Part shown: positions 10,721 through 21,524 of the stretch, piece after piece
How the letters are laid out: the number at the start of each line of letters is the position of its first letter
How positions within the stretch are numbered: the first letter of the stretch is position 1
Assembly (NCBI GenBank): GCA_013150915.1
Contig: JAADJE010000012.1
Location: 27,820 to 91,819, forward strand
Source: Gammaproteobacteria bacterium
GTDB taxonomy: Bacteria; Pseudomonadota; Gammaproteobacteria; BMS3Bbin11
Length of the DNA: 64,000 nucleotides
Direction of reading: 5' to 3'
The notes under the pieces: model-generated
The model's database searches: none
What the model was told of the DNA's origin: nothing
The model's input: the letters and a program-made list of their open reading frames with translations, nothing else
Translations under genes and position numbers: made by a program

Positions 10721-11449
10721 ATGAGCGGATCTGGCTCTAACAGTATCCGTCGCATCCTTTTGAAGCTTAGCGGCGAAGCCCTTATGGGTGAACAGGGCTT
10801 CGGTATTAGCCAGGATATGCTGGAATATGTCAGCACCGAGATAAAAACGGTCATTCAACGTGGTGTGCAGATGGGCATCGTTGTTGGTGGCGGTAATATT
10901 TTTCGTGGTGTATCCGGTGCTGCACAGAGTATGGACAGGGTGCCTGCAGATCAGATGGGAATGTTGGCAACGGTGATCAATGCAATTGCTGTCGCTGAAA
11001 ATCTCAATCGTAACGGTATTCCTGCAAAAGTACTCTCCGCCATTCCGACAGGAACATTTACCGAATCTTTTAGCCGCCGTCTGGCGCTCGAATACCTGGA
11101 AGCAGGGACGGTGGTGGTTTTTGCGGCGGGTACCGGTAATCCCTATTTTACGACGGATACCGCTGCCAGCCTGCGAGCTATCGAAATAAACGCGGATCTG
11201 CTGTTAAAAGCAACTCAGGTAGACGGTGTTTACGATGCGGACCCGAAAACCCACCCCGCAGCAGAAAAATTCCATCAACTTGGCTTCGATGAGGTTCTCC
11301 AGCGTCAGCTGGGCGTTATGGATCTGACAGCGGTTACACTTTGTATGGAGAATGACCTGCCACTGCGTATTTATTCAATGCGCTCTGCAGGCGCTCTTGC
11401 TAGAATACTCGACGGTCAGCCTGAGGGCACTCTGGTGATTAATCAATAG
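10721..11449 (+). CDS. pyrH: UMP kinase
   Basis: 242 aa amino-acid kinase fold. Conserved tsf-pyrH-frr context. Confidence 0.93.
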   Translation: MSGSGSNSIRRILLKLSGEALMGEQGFGISQDMLEYVSTEIKTVIQRGVQMGIVVGGGNIFRGVSGAAQSMDRVPADQMGMLATVINAIAVAENLNRNGIPAKVLSAIPTGTFTESFSRRLALEYLEAGTVVVFAAGTGNPYFTTDTAASLRAIEINADLLLKATQVDGVYDADPKTHPAAEKFHQLGFDEVLQRQLGVMDLTAVTLCMENDLPLRIYSMRSAGALARILDGQPEGTLVINQ

Positions 11450-11496
11450 AGGGCCAGTCAATCCTGATACAGACAGGGGTAGCAAGGGGAAACAGA

Positions 11497-12054
11497 ATGA
11501 TTAATGAAATCCTTGATGATGCAAAAAAGCGCATGGGTAAGAGTGTTGATGCGCTTAAAGGTGAGTTGTCACGATTACGTACGGGTAGGGCTAATACGGC
11601 GCTACTGGATAACATAAAAGTTGATTATTACGGAAGTTCAACGCCGTTAGCTCAGGTGGCAAATATCACTGTAGTTGATTCCCGCACACTCGGTGTGCAG
11701 CCCTGGGAAAAAGACATGGTACGGGCAATTGAGAAGGCCATACTTGAGTCGGATATGGATCTAAACCCAATGTCTGCCGGTGACGTTATACGCATTCCGA
11801 TTCCTCCCCTGTCGCAGGAACGCAGACTGGATCTGGTGAAGCTGCTTAAAAGTGAAGGCGAAGGCGGCAAGGTAGCGGTAAGGAATATACGTCGTGATGC
11901 CATTTCTCATATTAAGGAATTACTGAAGGAGAAGGAAATTTCTGAAGATGATGAGCGTCATGCCGAGGAACAGGTACAGAAACTGACTGATTCCAGTATT
12001 GCCAGTATTGATAGTCTGCTGAAGGGTAAAGAAGAAGAATTAATGGAGATATAA
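11497..12054 (+). CDS. frr: Ribosome recycling factor
   Basis: 185 aa. Conserved RRF sequence and position. Confidence 0.93.
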   Translation: MINEILDDAKKRMGKSVDALKGELSRLRTGRANTALLDNIKVDYYGSSTPLAQVANITVVDSRTLGVQPWEKDMVRAIEKAILESDMDLNPMSAGDVIRIPIPPLSQERRLDLVKLLKSEGEGGKVAVRNIRRDAISHIKELLKEKEISEDDERHAEEQVQKLTDSSIASIDSLLKGKEEELMEI

Positions 12055-12172
12055 CGCACCTGATCGCCTTGTTTGGTCCTTTTTCTCTTTAGGGTACCCT
12101 TACTTCTTTAAGTATCTTACCGGCTGGGCTAAACTGTTGCTTTTCCCTTTCCAGCATTCCTGATTCGGAATA

Positions 12173-12937
12173 ATGTCCCCGGCCGAAAATATAAAAACAC
12201 CCTGTCAGAAAAAACCTGAACACAGTACTCCTCGCCATATTGCTGTCATCATGGATGGCAATGGACGCTGGGCGAAAAGCAGGGGGCAGCCTCGTATAAT
12301 GGGGCATCGCAAAGGGGCAGAGGCTGTACGACGAATTATTCGTCTGTGTGGTGACGAGGGGATAGAGCACCTGACATTGTTTGCCTTCAGCAGTGAAAAC
12401 TGGCAGAGACCGCCACGAGAAGTAAAGCTGTTGATGGAGCTTTTCATCTCTGTGCTGGAAAAGGATATTGATGCACTGGTTGAGAATGGGGTCCGTTTAC
12501 GTATCATTGGCGACCTGGATCGTTTTGGTAAACGAATCAACAGCTTGATCAAAAAGGCAGAAATGCGTACGGCATGTAATGACTGTATGCAGTTGACGAT
12601 TGCCGCTAACTATGGCGGCCGTTGGGACATTACCCAGGCATGCAGACATCTGGCTGATAAATCTTCCCGAGGTGAAATAGACCCGAAAAATATTGATGAA
12701 GAGCTGATTTCCAGTTACCTGGTTAGTGATGGAATTCCTGATCCTGATCTGTTTATTCGCACCGGTGGTGAGAAACGAATTAGTAATTTTCTGATCTGGC
12801 AGCTGGCGTATTGTGAGTTATATTTCACTGATATTCTCTGGCCTGATTTTTCTAAAGAGAATTTCTCCGATGCCCTGCAATGGTTTGCAGGTCGGGAACG
12901 TCGATTCGGTAAAACCAGTGAGCAAGTAAGTGCTTAA
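12173..12937 (+). CDS. uppS: Ditrans,polycis-undecaprenyl-diphosphate synthase
   Basis: 254 aa with IMDGNGRWA and ENWQRP motifs. Confidence 0.92.
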   Translation: MSPAENIKTPCQKKPEHSTPRHIAVIMDGNGRWAKSRGQPRIMGHRKGAEAVRRIIRLCGDEGIEHLTLFAFSSENWQRPPREVKLLMELFISVLEKDIDALVENGVRLRIIGDLDRFGKRINSLIKKAEMRTACNDCMQLTIAANYGGRWDITQACRHLADKSSRGEIDPKNIDEELISSYLVSDGIPDPDLFIRTGGEKRISNFLIWQLAYCELYFTDILWPDFSKENFSDALQWFAGRERRFGKTSEQVSA

Positions 12938-13778
12938 GCAACGTTTATTGACCGCAGCAGTCCTGATAGCGGTCTTTCTGGCGGCATTATTTCTAATGAA
13001 TCCGCTCAATTTTGTACTCTTTCTTCTTGTTATTCTGGTTCTCAGTCTCTTTGAGTGGGCAGATCTGAGTGCAATCAAAAACCCCCTCGCGAGAGTGATA
13101 TATGTCGCAGTGGGCGTGGCCATCGTCGTGATGATTCAATACTACGGGCTGGCAGGAAAGGAGCTGTTTTTAATTGTCTTCGCAATCTGGCTGGTGGTGA
13201 TAGTCCGCCTGTTTCGTCTTGGGCATATGGATTCTGAGCAGCAAAGGCTTTCTGGAAACAGTGTACTGGCATGGCTGGACGGTTATTTTGTGTTGCTGCC
13301 GACAATACTCGGTCTGGAGATACTCAAGGTGCAGGATTCAGCCGTACCTCAGCTGTTGCTGGTTTTTTTCTTTATCATCTGGTCTGCAGATACGGGTGCC
13401 TATCTGGCTGGCCGCAGCCTGGGAAGGCATAAACTGGCTCCAGTAATCAGTCCAGGCAAAACTATTGAGGGACTTATTGGTGGGCTTGTCGGGGCCTTAA
13501 CAACTGCCGCCATAGTGGGTGTAGTGGTCTGGAAGCTGTCGCCAGGGAAATTGATTTTCTGGCTGTTTGCGGTTGTCTTTATCACACTGTTTTCGGTAGC
13601 GGGTGATTTGTTTGAGAGTATTTATAAACGCCGGGCAGGTGTTAAAGACTCGGGTAAGTTACTGCCGGGGCATGGTGGTGTACTGGATCGTATCGACAGT
13701 GCCTGTGCCGCCTTACCCCCCTATATACTCGTACTTTATTATTTTGACTTAGTTGCACCGGGTATTTCCACACAGTGA
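12930..13778 (+). CDS. cdsA: Phosphatidate cytidylyltransferase
   Basis: 282 aa polytopic membrane protein. C-terminal CTP-transferase signature (SxxKRxxGVKDSGxLLPGHGGVLDRIDS). Confidence 0.88.
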   Translation: MLKQRLLTAAVLIAVFLAALFLMNPLNFVLFLLVILVLSLFEWADLSAIKNPLARVIYVAVGVAIVVMIQYYGLAGKELFLIVFAIWLVVIVRLFRLGHMDSEQQRLSGNSVLAWLDGYFVLLPTILGLEILKVQDSAVPQLLLVFFFIIWSADTGAYLAGRSLGRHKLAPVISPGKTIEGLIGGLVGALTTAAIVGVVVWKLSPGKLIFWLFAVVFITLFSVAGDLFESIYKRRAGVKDSGKLLPGHGGVLDRIDSACAALPPYILVLYYFDLVAPGISTQ

Positions 13779-14983
13779 AACAGCAGGGAATTTGCATACT
13801 AGGCTCTACCGGTACCATCGGCATAAATACGCTTGATGTGATCAGACGCCACCCTCAGCGATTCAAAGTCATCGCATTGACGGCCAACCGACAAATCAAG
13901 CGGATGCTTCAGCAATGTGAGGAATGGCGGCCGGAGATTGTCGTAATGTCTGATGAAGGGGCCGCAACAGAGCTCAGGCAGCTGCTCAGTCAACGGCCTT
14001 ATTCTGTTAAAGTATTGGCCGGTAAGTCAGGGCTAACCGAGGTGGTGCAGCGGGCCGAAGTGGATGCGGTAATGGCCGCCATAGTTGGTGCCGTAGGGCT
14101 ATTACCGACACTGGCAGCTGTCAAGGCGGGTAAACGAGTCCTGATCGCAAACAAGGAACCGCTTGTGATGCTGGGTCAGGTCTTTATCGAGGAGGCGAAA
14201 CGTTCCGGTGCTGTTTTGTTACCCATAGACAGTGAGCACAACGCTATTTTTCAGTGTTTACCGGCCGCCGTTCAGCAGGCAACTGCCGAGTCGGTGAAGC
14301 ATGAGCTGTCAGACTACGGCGTTCGCCGACTCTTACTCACCGCCTCAGGTGGGCCTTTTCTCAATCTGGACCCGCTTGATTTTGCCTCGGTGACACCGGA
14401 GCAGGCCTGCACCCATCCCAACTGGGTAATGGGCCGTAAGATATCTGTAGATTCTGCCACCATGATGAATAAGGGCCTTGAATTAATAGAAGCCTGTGCA
14501 CTATTTTCTACTGGGCCTGATCAGATTCATATTGTGGTACATACACAAAGTGTTATCCATTCGATGGTTGAATATACCGATGGCTCTCTACTCGCGCAGT
14601 TAGGTAATCCAGACATGCGCACACCGATAGCACATGCCCTTGCATGGCCCGAACGCATAGATGCAGGTGTAGAAAGACTGGATCTTTTGCAAATTGCCGC
14701 CTTAGAATTTCAGGCGCCGGATATGCTAAAATTTCCCGCCTTGTCGTTGGCACGCATAGCGGCTGAGACGGGTGGCACCTTGCCGGCCATATTGAATGCC
14801 GGAAATGAGGTTGCCGTGCAGGCATTTCTCGACGGTGAAATACGTTTTGACCAGATTATTCAGCTGGTAGAAGAGACTATGGAAGCCGTTGACTATGAAC
14901 TGGATCAGGTATTGGAAAATGTACTTGCTGCGGATCAGCGGGCACGAGATTTTGCTGTAAATCGTCTTACTGCAATGCTATAG
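13775..14983 (+). CDS. dxr: 1-deoxy-D-xylulose-5-phosphate reductoisomerase
   Basis: 402 aa. N-terminal ILGSTGSIG NADPH-binding motif. In this window it follows cdsA rather than frr. Confidence 0.92.
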   Translation: MKQQGICILGSTGTIGINTLDVIRRHPQRFKVIALTANRQIKRMLQQCEEWRPEIVVMSDEGAATELRQLLSQRPYSVKVLAGKSGLTEVVQRAEVDAVMAAIVGAVGLLPTLAAVKAGKRVLIANKEPLVMLGQVFIEEAKRSGAVLLPIDSEHNAIFQCLPAAVQQATAESVKHELSDYGVRRLLLTASGGPFLNLDPLDFASVTPEQACTHPNWVMGRKISVDSATMMNKGLELIEACALFSTGPDQIHIVVHTQSVIHSMVEYTDGSLLAQLGNPDMRTPIAHALAWPERIDAGVERLDLLQIAALEFQAPDMLKFPALSLARIAAETGGTLPAILNAGNEVAVQAFLDGEIRFDQIIQLVEETMEAVDYELDQVLENVLAADQRARDFAVNRLTAML

Positions 14984-15020
14984 ACAGTATGAAAGACTAA
15001 AATAATATAATTATATCAAT

Positions 15021-16382
15021 ATGTTAGAATTTATATATAGTATTGTTGGATTCATCATTGCACTGGGCATACTGGTGGTCGTGCATGAGTTCGGGCACTT
15101 TTGGGTCGCACGAAAACTCGGCATAAAGGTTCTGAAGTTTTCGGTTGGTTTTGGCAGGGCAATCTGGTCGCGTACTGCGAATGATGGCACGATTTATGCC
15201 CTCGGTATTTTACCGCTAGGCGGTTACGTCAAAATGCTGGATGAAAGCGAAGGAGAGGTCGCTGAGAAAGACAAGTCCCGGGCCTTTAATCGGCAACCCA
15301 TCTGGAAGCGAATGCTGGTTGTACTGGCAGGGCCCATGTTTAATTTTCTTTTTGCCATAGCCGCCTACAGTCTGGTTTTTGCCGGGGGTATGGAAGGCCT
15401 TACTCCTGTTGTCGGTAAGGTAGTCGAGGGCTCTGTTGCCGAGAGTGATGGTTTTCGCAGCGGTGATGTGTTGCTATCGGTGGATGGACGGAAACTGAAT
15501 ATGTGGCAGGAGCAGCGCCTGTATTTGTTCAGTAAGGCGCTGGCGCGTAAAACTGTTCAATATGAAGTACAGACCCGTGACGGTAGAAAAATTACCCGTA
15601 CTTTAAATCTCGCTGATGTGCCGATGTCAAAAATTGACGCCAGGCTGGTGGCTGGCGGCATCGGGCTTATTGCCTGGTATCCGACGGTCCCACCCGTTAT
15701 TGATCGGGTGGTCAACGGCAAACCTGCATTTAAGGCAGGCCTAAAACAGGGTGATTTAATTACGGCCATTGACGATGAAAAGATTAGCAGTTGGGATGAT
15801 GTCGTAAGATTGGTATCAGCCAGCCCGGGACGGCAGCTGAAGCTTGATATTACCCGTAACGGTTATCCTGAATCTATTTTTGTCACACCGGAGGCGGTAA
15901 TGGATGGTGACAGGGAGCTTGGGCGCATCGGTATCAGTGTGCAGCCGGTGAGTCTCCCCGAAGACAGGAGGGTCATGGTCAACTATGGTTTGATGGAATC
16001 GCTGTACAGGGGAACAGAAACAACCTGGATGATGTCTCTGTTGACACTGCGTATGCTCGGGAAAATGCTTACCCTTGAGGTGTCCAGCAAAAATATAAGT
16101 GGCCCGATTACTATCGCCCAATATGCGGGAAAATCAGCACAGGTAGGCTTCAGTAGTTTTATGTTGTTTCTGGCTATTGTGAGCGTAAGCCTGGGAGTCC
16201 TTAATCTTCTGCCTATACCCATTCTTGATGGCGGCCATTTACTTTATTACTCGATAGAAGCGGTTACCAGAAAGCCGGTTCCTGAAAAAGTGATGATATG
16301 GGGGCAACAAGTTGGTATTCTGCTGCTCTTTCTATTAATGTCTCTTGCCGTATATAACGATCTGGGGCGACTGTTTTCCTAA
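15021..16382 (+). CDS. rseP: Site-2 zinc metalloprotease (regulated intramembrane proteolysis, sigma-E pathway)
   Basis: 453 aa. HEFGH zinc motif at the N-terminus, PDZ region and a C-terminal LDGG motif. Confidence 0.92.
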   Translation: MLEFIYSIVGFIIALGILVVVHEFGHFWVARKLGIKVLKFSVGFGRAIWSRTANDGTIYALGILPLGGYVKMLDESEGEVAEKDKSRAFNRQPIWKRMLVVLAGPMFNFLFAIAAYSLVFAGGMEGLTPVVGKVVEGSVAESDGFRSGDVLLSVDGRKLNMWQEQRLYLFSKALARKTVQYEVQTRDGRKITRTLNLADVPMSKIDARLVAGGIGLIAWYPTVPPVIDRVVNGKPAFKAGLKQGDLITAIDDEKISSWDDVVRLVSASPGRQLKLDITRNGYPESIFVTPEAVMDGDRELGRIGISVQPVSLPEDRRVMVNYGLMESLYRGTETTWMMSLLTLRMLGKMLTLEVSSKNISGPITIAQYAGKSAQVGFSSFMLFLAIVSVSLGVLNLLPIPILDGGHLLYYSIEAVTRKPVPEKVMIWGQQVGILLLFLLMSLAVYNDLGRLFS

Positions 16383-16396
16383 CACAGAATGGGATA

Positions 16397-18686
16397 ATGA
16401 TTAAAATAAAAATACTTTATGTGGGCTTTCTTGCATTTTTTATGTGGTCTACACAGGCCCTTGCACTGGAAGAGTTTGAGGTTACTGACATCCAGGTCAA
16501 TGGAATACAACGGATATCTGCGGGTACTATTTTCAATTATTTACCGATTAAGGTAGGCGATTTTGTTGATGATAATGAAGTAAATGATGCCATAAAGGCA
16601 CTGTTTGATACCGGCTTTTTCCAGGACATCGAGCTAAGCAGAAAAGGCGGTGTGCTGATTGTCGATATCGTTGAACGCCCGACCGTTGCCAGCGTAGAGT
16701 TTTCTGGCAACAAGGAATTTGAAACCGAAGCGCTGAAAAAAGGCATGTTACAGGTGGGGTTTGGTGAAGGGCTGGTATTCAAAAAAGCCATCCTGGAAAA
16801 GGTGTCTCAGGAACTTCGTACACAATATTACAGTAGTGGTAAATATTCTGTCGCTATCAAAACAACCGTTACACCACTGGAAAGAAACCGAGTAAAAATC
16901 AATATTGACATAAAGGAAGGAAAAACAGCCAGAGTCGGTGATGTTTCTCTTGTCGGCAATAATATTTTCTCTGACAAAAAACTGTTAAAGAATTTTAAGG
17001 TAAAACCCAAAACGGGCTGGAGAAAACTGAATTTTCTTAGCAAGTCAGATCAGTATTCGAAGCAGAAGCTGGCCGGCGACCTGGAGGCCCTGCGCAGTTA
17101 TTACCAGGATCGGGGCTATCTGGATTTCAGAATTGATTCTACCCAGGTGTCAATCAGTGAGAATAAAAAGAAAATATTCATCACCATCAATATCACTGAA
17201 GGTAAGGTCTATACAATAAATAAGGTCAGTCTGCGAGGGAAATTTGTGGTGCCCGAAGATGATCTGAAGGCTCAGGTGACGATTTTCGAAGGTGATATTT
17301 TCTCCCGAAAGGAAGTAGAAAAAACCAGCAAGGCAATCAGTGATCGGCTGGCTGAGTCCGGATATACCTTTGCTAATGTCAATGCGATACCCGATATTGA
17401 CAAGGAAAACCGGACGGTTTCCTTCGTTTTTGACATTGAGCCATCTAAAAGAGTTTATGTCAGACGAATTAATATTTACGGCAATACAACAACAAGAGAT
17501 GAAGTTATTCGGCGGGAGCTCAGGCAACTTGAAGGCGGTTGGTTGTCTACCAAAGATGTCAGACGTTCAAAAGTACGTTTGCAGCGATTGAGTTTTTTTG
17601 AGGATGTCAATATTGAAACACCGGCTGTTCCCGGTACCGAAGACCAGGTTGATATAAATGTGCGGGTAAAAGAGCGTCAGACCGGCAGCATGATGTTCGG
17701 TCTGGGTTATTCCGAGTCAGATGGGGTCCTGCTGCAGACGAGTATCAACCAGAAGAATTTGTTTGGTTCCGGCAGGGAACTGGCTGTGAGTATCGACACA
17801 TCCAAAATCACAAAATCAGCCAGAATACGCTATTTCAACCCCTATTATACCGTCAACGGCGTCAGTCGTGGTTTTTATCTGACCTATACAGATATTGATG
17901 CGGCCAGGGCGAATCTCTCTCGGTACATCAACGAGACTATCAGTCTTGGTGTCAATTACCGTATCCCCCTGTCAGAAAATAACAGTTTCAGTTTTAGTTT
18001 TGGCCCTGATCGTAGCAGTCTTTCTTCAACAGATGGGACCCCGGATGAAATTCTGGCTTATATCGCCCTTCATCCAGATGACTGGTACCTAAAGACCACA
18101 GGGAGTACATGACACGCGAGACAGTATTCTTTATCCAACCACCGGATTTTATGTCCGACTTCTTGGTGAGGCATCGATTCCCGGTAGCCAACTTACTTAT
18201 TACAAAACCGGTGTGAGCTTCTCCTGGCATCTCCCTACAATAAGTGATGTGGTTCTGAAGTTTAGTGGTGATCTGGGATATGCTGATGTTTATGGCGATA
18301 CCCAGATATTTCCGTTCTACAAAAACTACTACGCGGGCGGCAGTAGTTCAGTCAGAGGCTATAAGGCCCGATCTCTGGGGCCTCTGGACAGTAGCGGGAA
18401 TCCTATAGGTGGTAGCCGCAGAGTCGTGGGTGGAATTGATCTTCTGATTCCCTTTCCAGGCAGTGAGAAGAAAGATAAACGGCTGTCTTTGTTTGTCGAT
18501 GGTGGCACGGTGTTTAGTCCAAGTGAACAGGTTAATATGGGTGATTTGCGGTATTCCTATGGCGTTGGATTATTCTGGTATTCACCCATTGGCCCACTCT
18601 CTATCAGTTATGCGTTGCCCATCAATGATAAGCCTAAAGATCGCCTGGAAAAATTCCAGTTCACAATTGGCAGAGGATTCAGATAA
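16397..18686 (+). pseudogene. bamA: Outer membrane protein assembly factor BamA, split into two frames by an apparent frameshift near 18093-18110
   Basis: ORF 16397..18112 (571 aa) carries the POTRA domains and the start of the barrel. The barrel continues in another frame, open from 18093 (DSILYPTTGFYVRLLGEASIPGSQLTYYK...) through 18686, and ends with the canonical BamA C-terminus ...FQFTIGRGF. Combined length ~769 aa. Confidence 0.85.
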
Positions 18687-18719
18687 ACTATCAACCCGGC
18701 GGTACCACTATTTTGAGAA

Positions 18720-19235
18720 ATGAAAACCATGTCTAATAAAATTAAAGTTATTGCAATACTGACTTTTGCAATGGCATTTTTCCCAGCAATATCTTCTGCT
18801 GAAACAAAAATTGGCTTTGTTAATCTGGTCAAATTAATTGAAGAAGCACCACAGGGGGCGTCTGCCACTAAGAAGATTGAGGCAGAGTTTAGCCCGCGCG
18901 ATAATGCGATACGAAAAAAACAGAAAAAGATTCAAAAACTGGAGTCGGATCTGGAAAAAAATTCACTGGTTATGAAGGCTTCTCAGTTGTCAAAGAAAGA
19001 AGCGGAAATAACCAAGCTCAAACGCAGCATCAAACGGGAAGCAGATGAATTTCGTGAAGATTATAACCTGCGTAGAAACGAAGAATTAAAAATCTTACAA
19101 AAGGTTGTACGGGAAGCCATACACGAAGTTGGGAAGGAAAATAATTTTGATTTGATTTTGGCCGAAGGCGTACTTTTTACCAGTAAAAAGGCAAATATTA
19201 CTGAGCTGGTTCTAAAGAAACTGCGCAGTAAGTAA
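18720..19235 (+). CDS. skp: Periplasmic chaperone Skp (OmpH)
   Basis: 171 aa with a signal peptide and a coiled-coil Lys/Glu-rich body. Conserved bamA-skp-lpxD order. Confidence 0.85.
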   Translation: MKTMSNKIKVIAILTFAMAFFPAISSAETKIGFVNLVKLIEEAPQGASATKKIEAEFSPRDNAIRKKQKKIQKLESDLEKNSLVMKASQLSKKEAEITKLKRSIKREADEFREDYNLRRNEELKILQKVVREAIHEVGKENNFDLILAEGVLFTSKKANITELVLKKLRSK

Positions 19236-19251
19236 GGTTTTCACCGGCACA

Positions 19252-20286
19252 GTGAGTTTTCTGTTATCTGAACTGGCTACTCGATTTGATCTTGGACTGA
19301 AGGGCTTTCCTGAAGCAGAAATAAGGACTGTTGCCAGCTTGCAGGATGCAGGTAAAGGCGACATCAGTTTCTGTACAGGCCGTCATCATTTTTCTGAACT
19401 TGAAGAGACTAAGGCAACTGCCGTTATTCTTCACCCCAATATTTCCGAGCAGTACCAGGGCAATGCGTTATTGAGTGAAAATCCACTCCTGGCTTTTTCA
19501 AAAATTGCCCGTTTATTGCACCCGGAGGGACGCAAGCCAGCGGGAATTCACCCCTCTTCCCTTGTCCATGCTGAGGCCTTTATCCATGAAACGGCCTGCG
19601 TGGCTGAAAATGTCATTATTGAAAAGTCAGTAAAAATAGCGGCTGGATGTGAAATCGGGGCAGGAAGCTTTCTGGGTGAAGACACCGTTATTGGTGAAGA
19701 TACCGTACTAAAAAATAACATTACCCTTCATCACAAAACAGTAGTAGGCAAAGATTGCATCCTCCATAGTGGCTGTGTTATTGGTTCCGATGGCTTTGGG
19801 CATGCACACGAGGAGGGTCACTGGTTGCCCATTCCTCAACTCGGAAAGGTGGTGATCGGTAATGATGTCAGAATTGGGGCAAATACCGCCATAGATCGTG
19901 GCACCCTGGGAGATACTTTGATAGGAAATGGTGTCAAAATAGACAACCTGGTGCATATTGCCCACAATGTCAGGATTGGAGATGACACGGCCATTGCTGC
20001 CTGCACGGGTATTGCCGGCAGTGTAAACATAGGTAAACGCTGTACGTTGGCAGGCCAGGTTGGTGTCGTGGATAACATATCGATTTGTGATGATGCACAT
20101 TTTACCGGCCAAACAGCTGTCCGTTCTAACATCACTGATCCAGGGGTCTATTCCTCTGGCGTGCTGCTTGAAGAAACGCATAGCTGGTTAAAAAATGCAA
20201 CGCGTTTTAAGCAACTAAATTTACTTTTCAAACAGGTTAGAGATCTAATAAAAAACAGGACTGATGAAGCCGGGTCAGGACAGTAA
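19252..20286 (+). CDS. lpxD: UDP-3-O-(3-hydroxyacyl)glucosamine N-acyltransferase
   Basis: 344 aa with a left-handed beta-helix of hexapeptide repeats. Conserved position. Confidence 0.92.
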   Translation: MSFLLSELATRFDLGLKGFPEAEIRTVASLQDAGKGDISFCTGRHHFSELEETKATAVILHPNISEQYQGNALLSENPLLAFSKIARLLHPEGRKPAGIHPSSLVHAEAFIHETACVAENVIIEKSVKIAAGCEIGAGSFLGEDTVIGEDTVLKNNITLHHKTVVGKDCILHSGCVIGSDGFGHAHEEGHWLPIPQLGKVVIGNDVRIGANTAIDRGTLGDTLIGNGVKIDNLVHIAHNVRIGDDTAIAACTGIAGSVNIGKRCTLAGQVGVVDNISICDDAHFTGQTAVRSNITDPGVYSSGVLLEETHSWLKNATRFKQLNLLFKQVRDLIKNRTDEAGSGQ

Positions 20287-20297
20287 GCAGGTGAATA

Positions 20298-20744
20298 ATG
20301 AACACTATAGATATCCATGAAATTCTTCAGTATCTGCCCCACAGGTATCCATTCCTTCTCATCGACCGCGTCACAGACTATGAAAAAGATACATCATTAA
20401 CGGCGACCAAAAATGTCACTTATAACGAGCCATTTTTCTCGGGACACTATCCCAGCAGGCCGGTTATGCCGGGTGTACTTTTAATCGAAGTGATGGCACA
20501 GGCGGCCGCATTGCTTGCTGCGATAAGTTCTGATGTGAAAGGTGGGAGCAGCAACCTGGTTTATTATTTTGTAGGCGTAGATAAGGTGCGTTTCAAAAGA
20601 CCGGTAGAACCCGGCGATCAGCTGAAAGTTGAGGTAAAACTAACTAGAAAGGCAAGAGGAATGTGGTTCTGCTCAGCCATAATTACTGTTGACGACGAGC
20701 GGTGCACCTCATCTGAATTGATGTTTACCGCACGGGAGGTATGA
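20298..20744 (+). CDS. fabZ: 3-hydroxyacyl-ACP dehydratase
   Basis: 148 aa hotdog fold with the HFPxxPVMPGVL motif. Confidence 0.93.
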   Translation: MNTIDIHEILQYLPHRYPFLLIDRVTDYEKDTSLTATKNVTYNEPFFSGHYPSRPVMPGVLLIEVMAQAAALLAAISSDVKGGSSNLVYYFVGVDKVRFKRPVEPGDQLKVEVKLTRKARGMWFCSAIITVDDERCTSSELMFTAREV

Positions 20745-21515
20745 GTGATCTCTCCTCATGCCATTATTGAGGAAGGCGCTATTATAGGAAAGGATGTCTC
20801 AATTGGGCATTTTTCTATCGTAGGAAAAGATGTAAAGATAGGAGCCGGAACCAGGATAGGCCCACATGTTACACTCACAGGCCATACCAGTATAGGAAAA
20901 AATAACCATATTTTTCAATACGCTTCTGTCGGCGAAGTCCCACAGAGTACCGCCTATAATAACGAGCCGACCGAGTTGCTAATCGGTGATAATAATGTTG
21001 TACGTGAGTTTTGTACCCTTCACATAGGGACACGGGAAGGGGGTGGAATCACACGTATTGGCAATGACAATTTTCTCATGGCCTATGTCCATATTGCACA
21101 TGACTGCATACTGGGCAACAGAATAATTTTTGCAAATGGCTCCAGTCTGGCGGGTCATGTTACCGTCGGTGATTATGTTATTTTTGGTGGATTTACTCTG
21201 ATTCATCAGTTTTGCAAAATTGGTGCGCATGTAATGACAGGTATCGGCGCGGTTTCTTTCAAGGATATTCCACCCTATCTCAAGGTGGCCGGCAATACAG
21301 CACGCCCATACGGGATCAATGTGAAGGGTTTGCAGCGCCGTGGTTTTGATGAAGACGATATTTCAGCATTAAAGGATGCATACCGGACGCTCTATCGTTC
21401 ACAGCTTAGTTTTCAGGATGCTATAGACGACATCAATAAGTTGTCTGCTGGAGATGCGAATGTAAAAAAGTTTGCTGATTTTCTGGTCAATAGCGAACGG
21501 GGTGTCGTTCGCTGA
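20745..21515 (+). CDS. lpxA: Acyl-ACP--UDP-N-acetylglucosamine O-acyltransferase
   Basis: 256 aa with hexapeptide repeats. GTG start directly after fabZ. Confidence 0.92.
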   Translation: MISPHAIIEEGAIIGKDVSIGHFSIVGKDVKIGAGTRIGPHVTLTGHTSIGKNNHIFQYASVGEVPQSTAYNNEPTELLIGDNNVVREFCTLHIGTREGGGITRIGNDNFLMAYVHIAHDCILGNRIIFANGSSLAGHVTVGDYVIFGGFTLIHQFCKIGAHVMTGIGAVSFKDIPPYLKVAGNTARPYGINVKGLQRRGFDEDDISALKDAYRTLYRSQLSFQDAIDDINKLSAGDANVKKFADFLVNSERGVVR

Positions 21516-21524
21516 AACGATACC

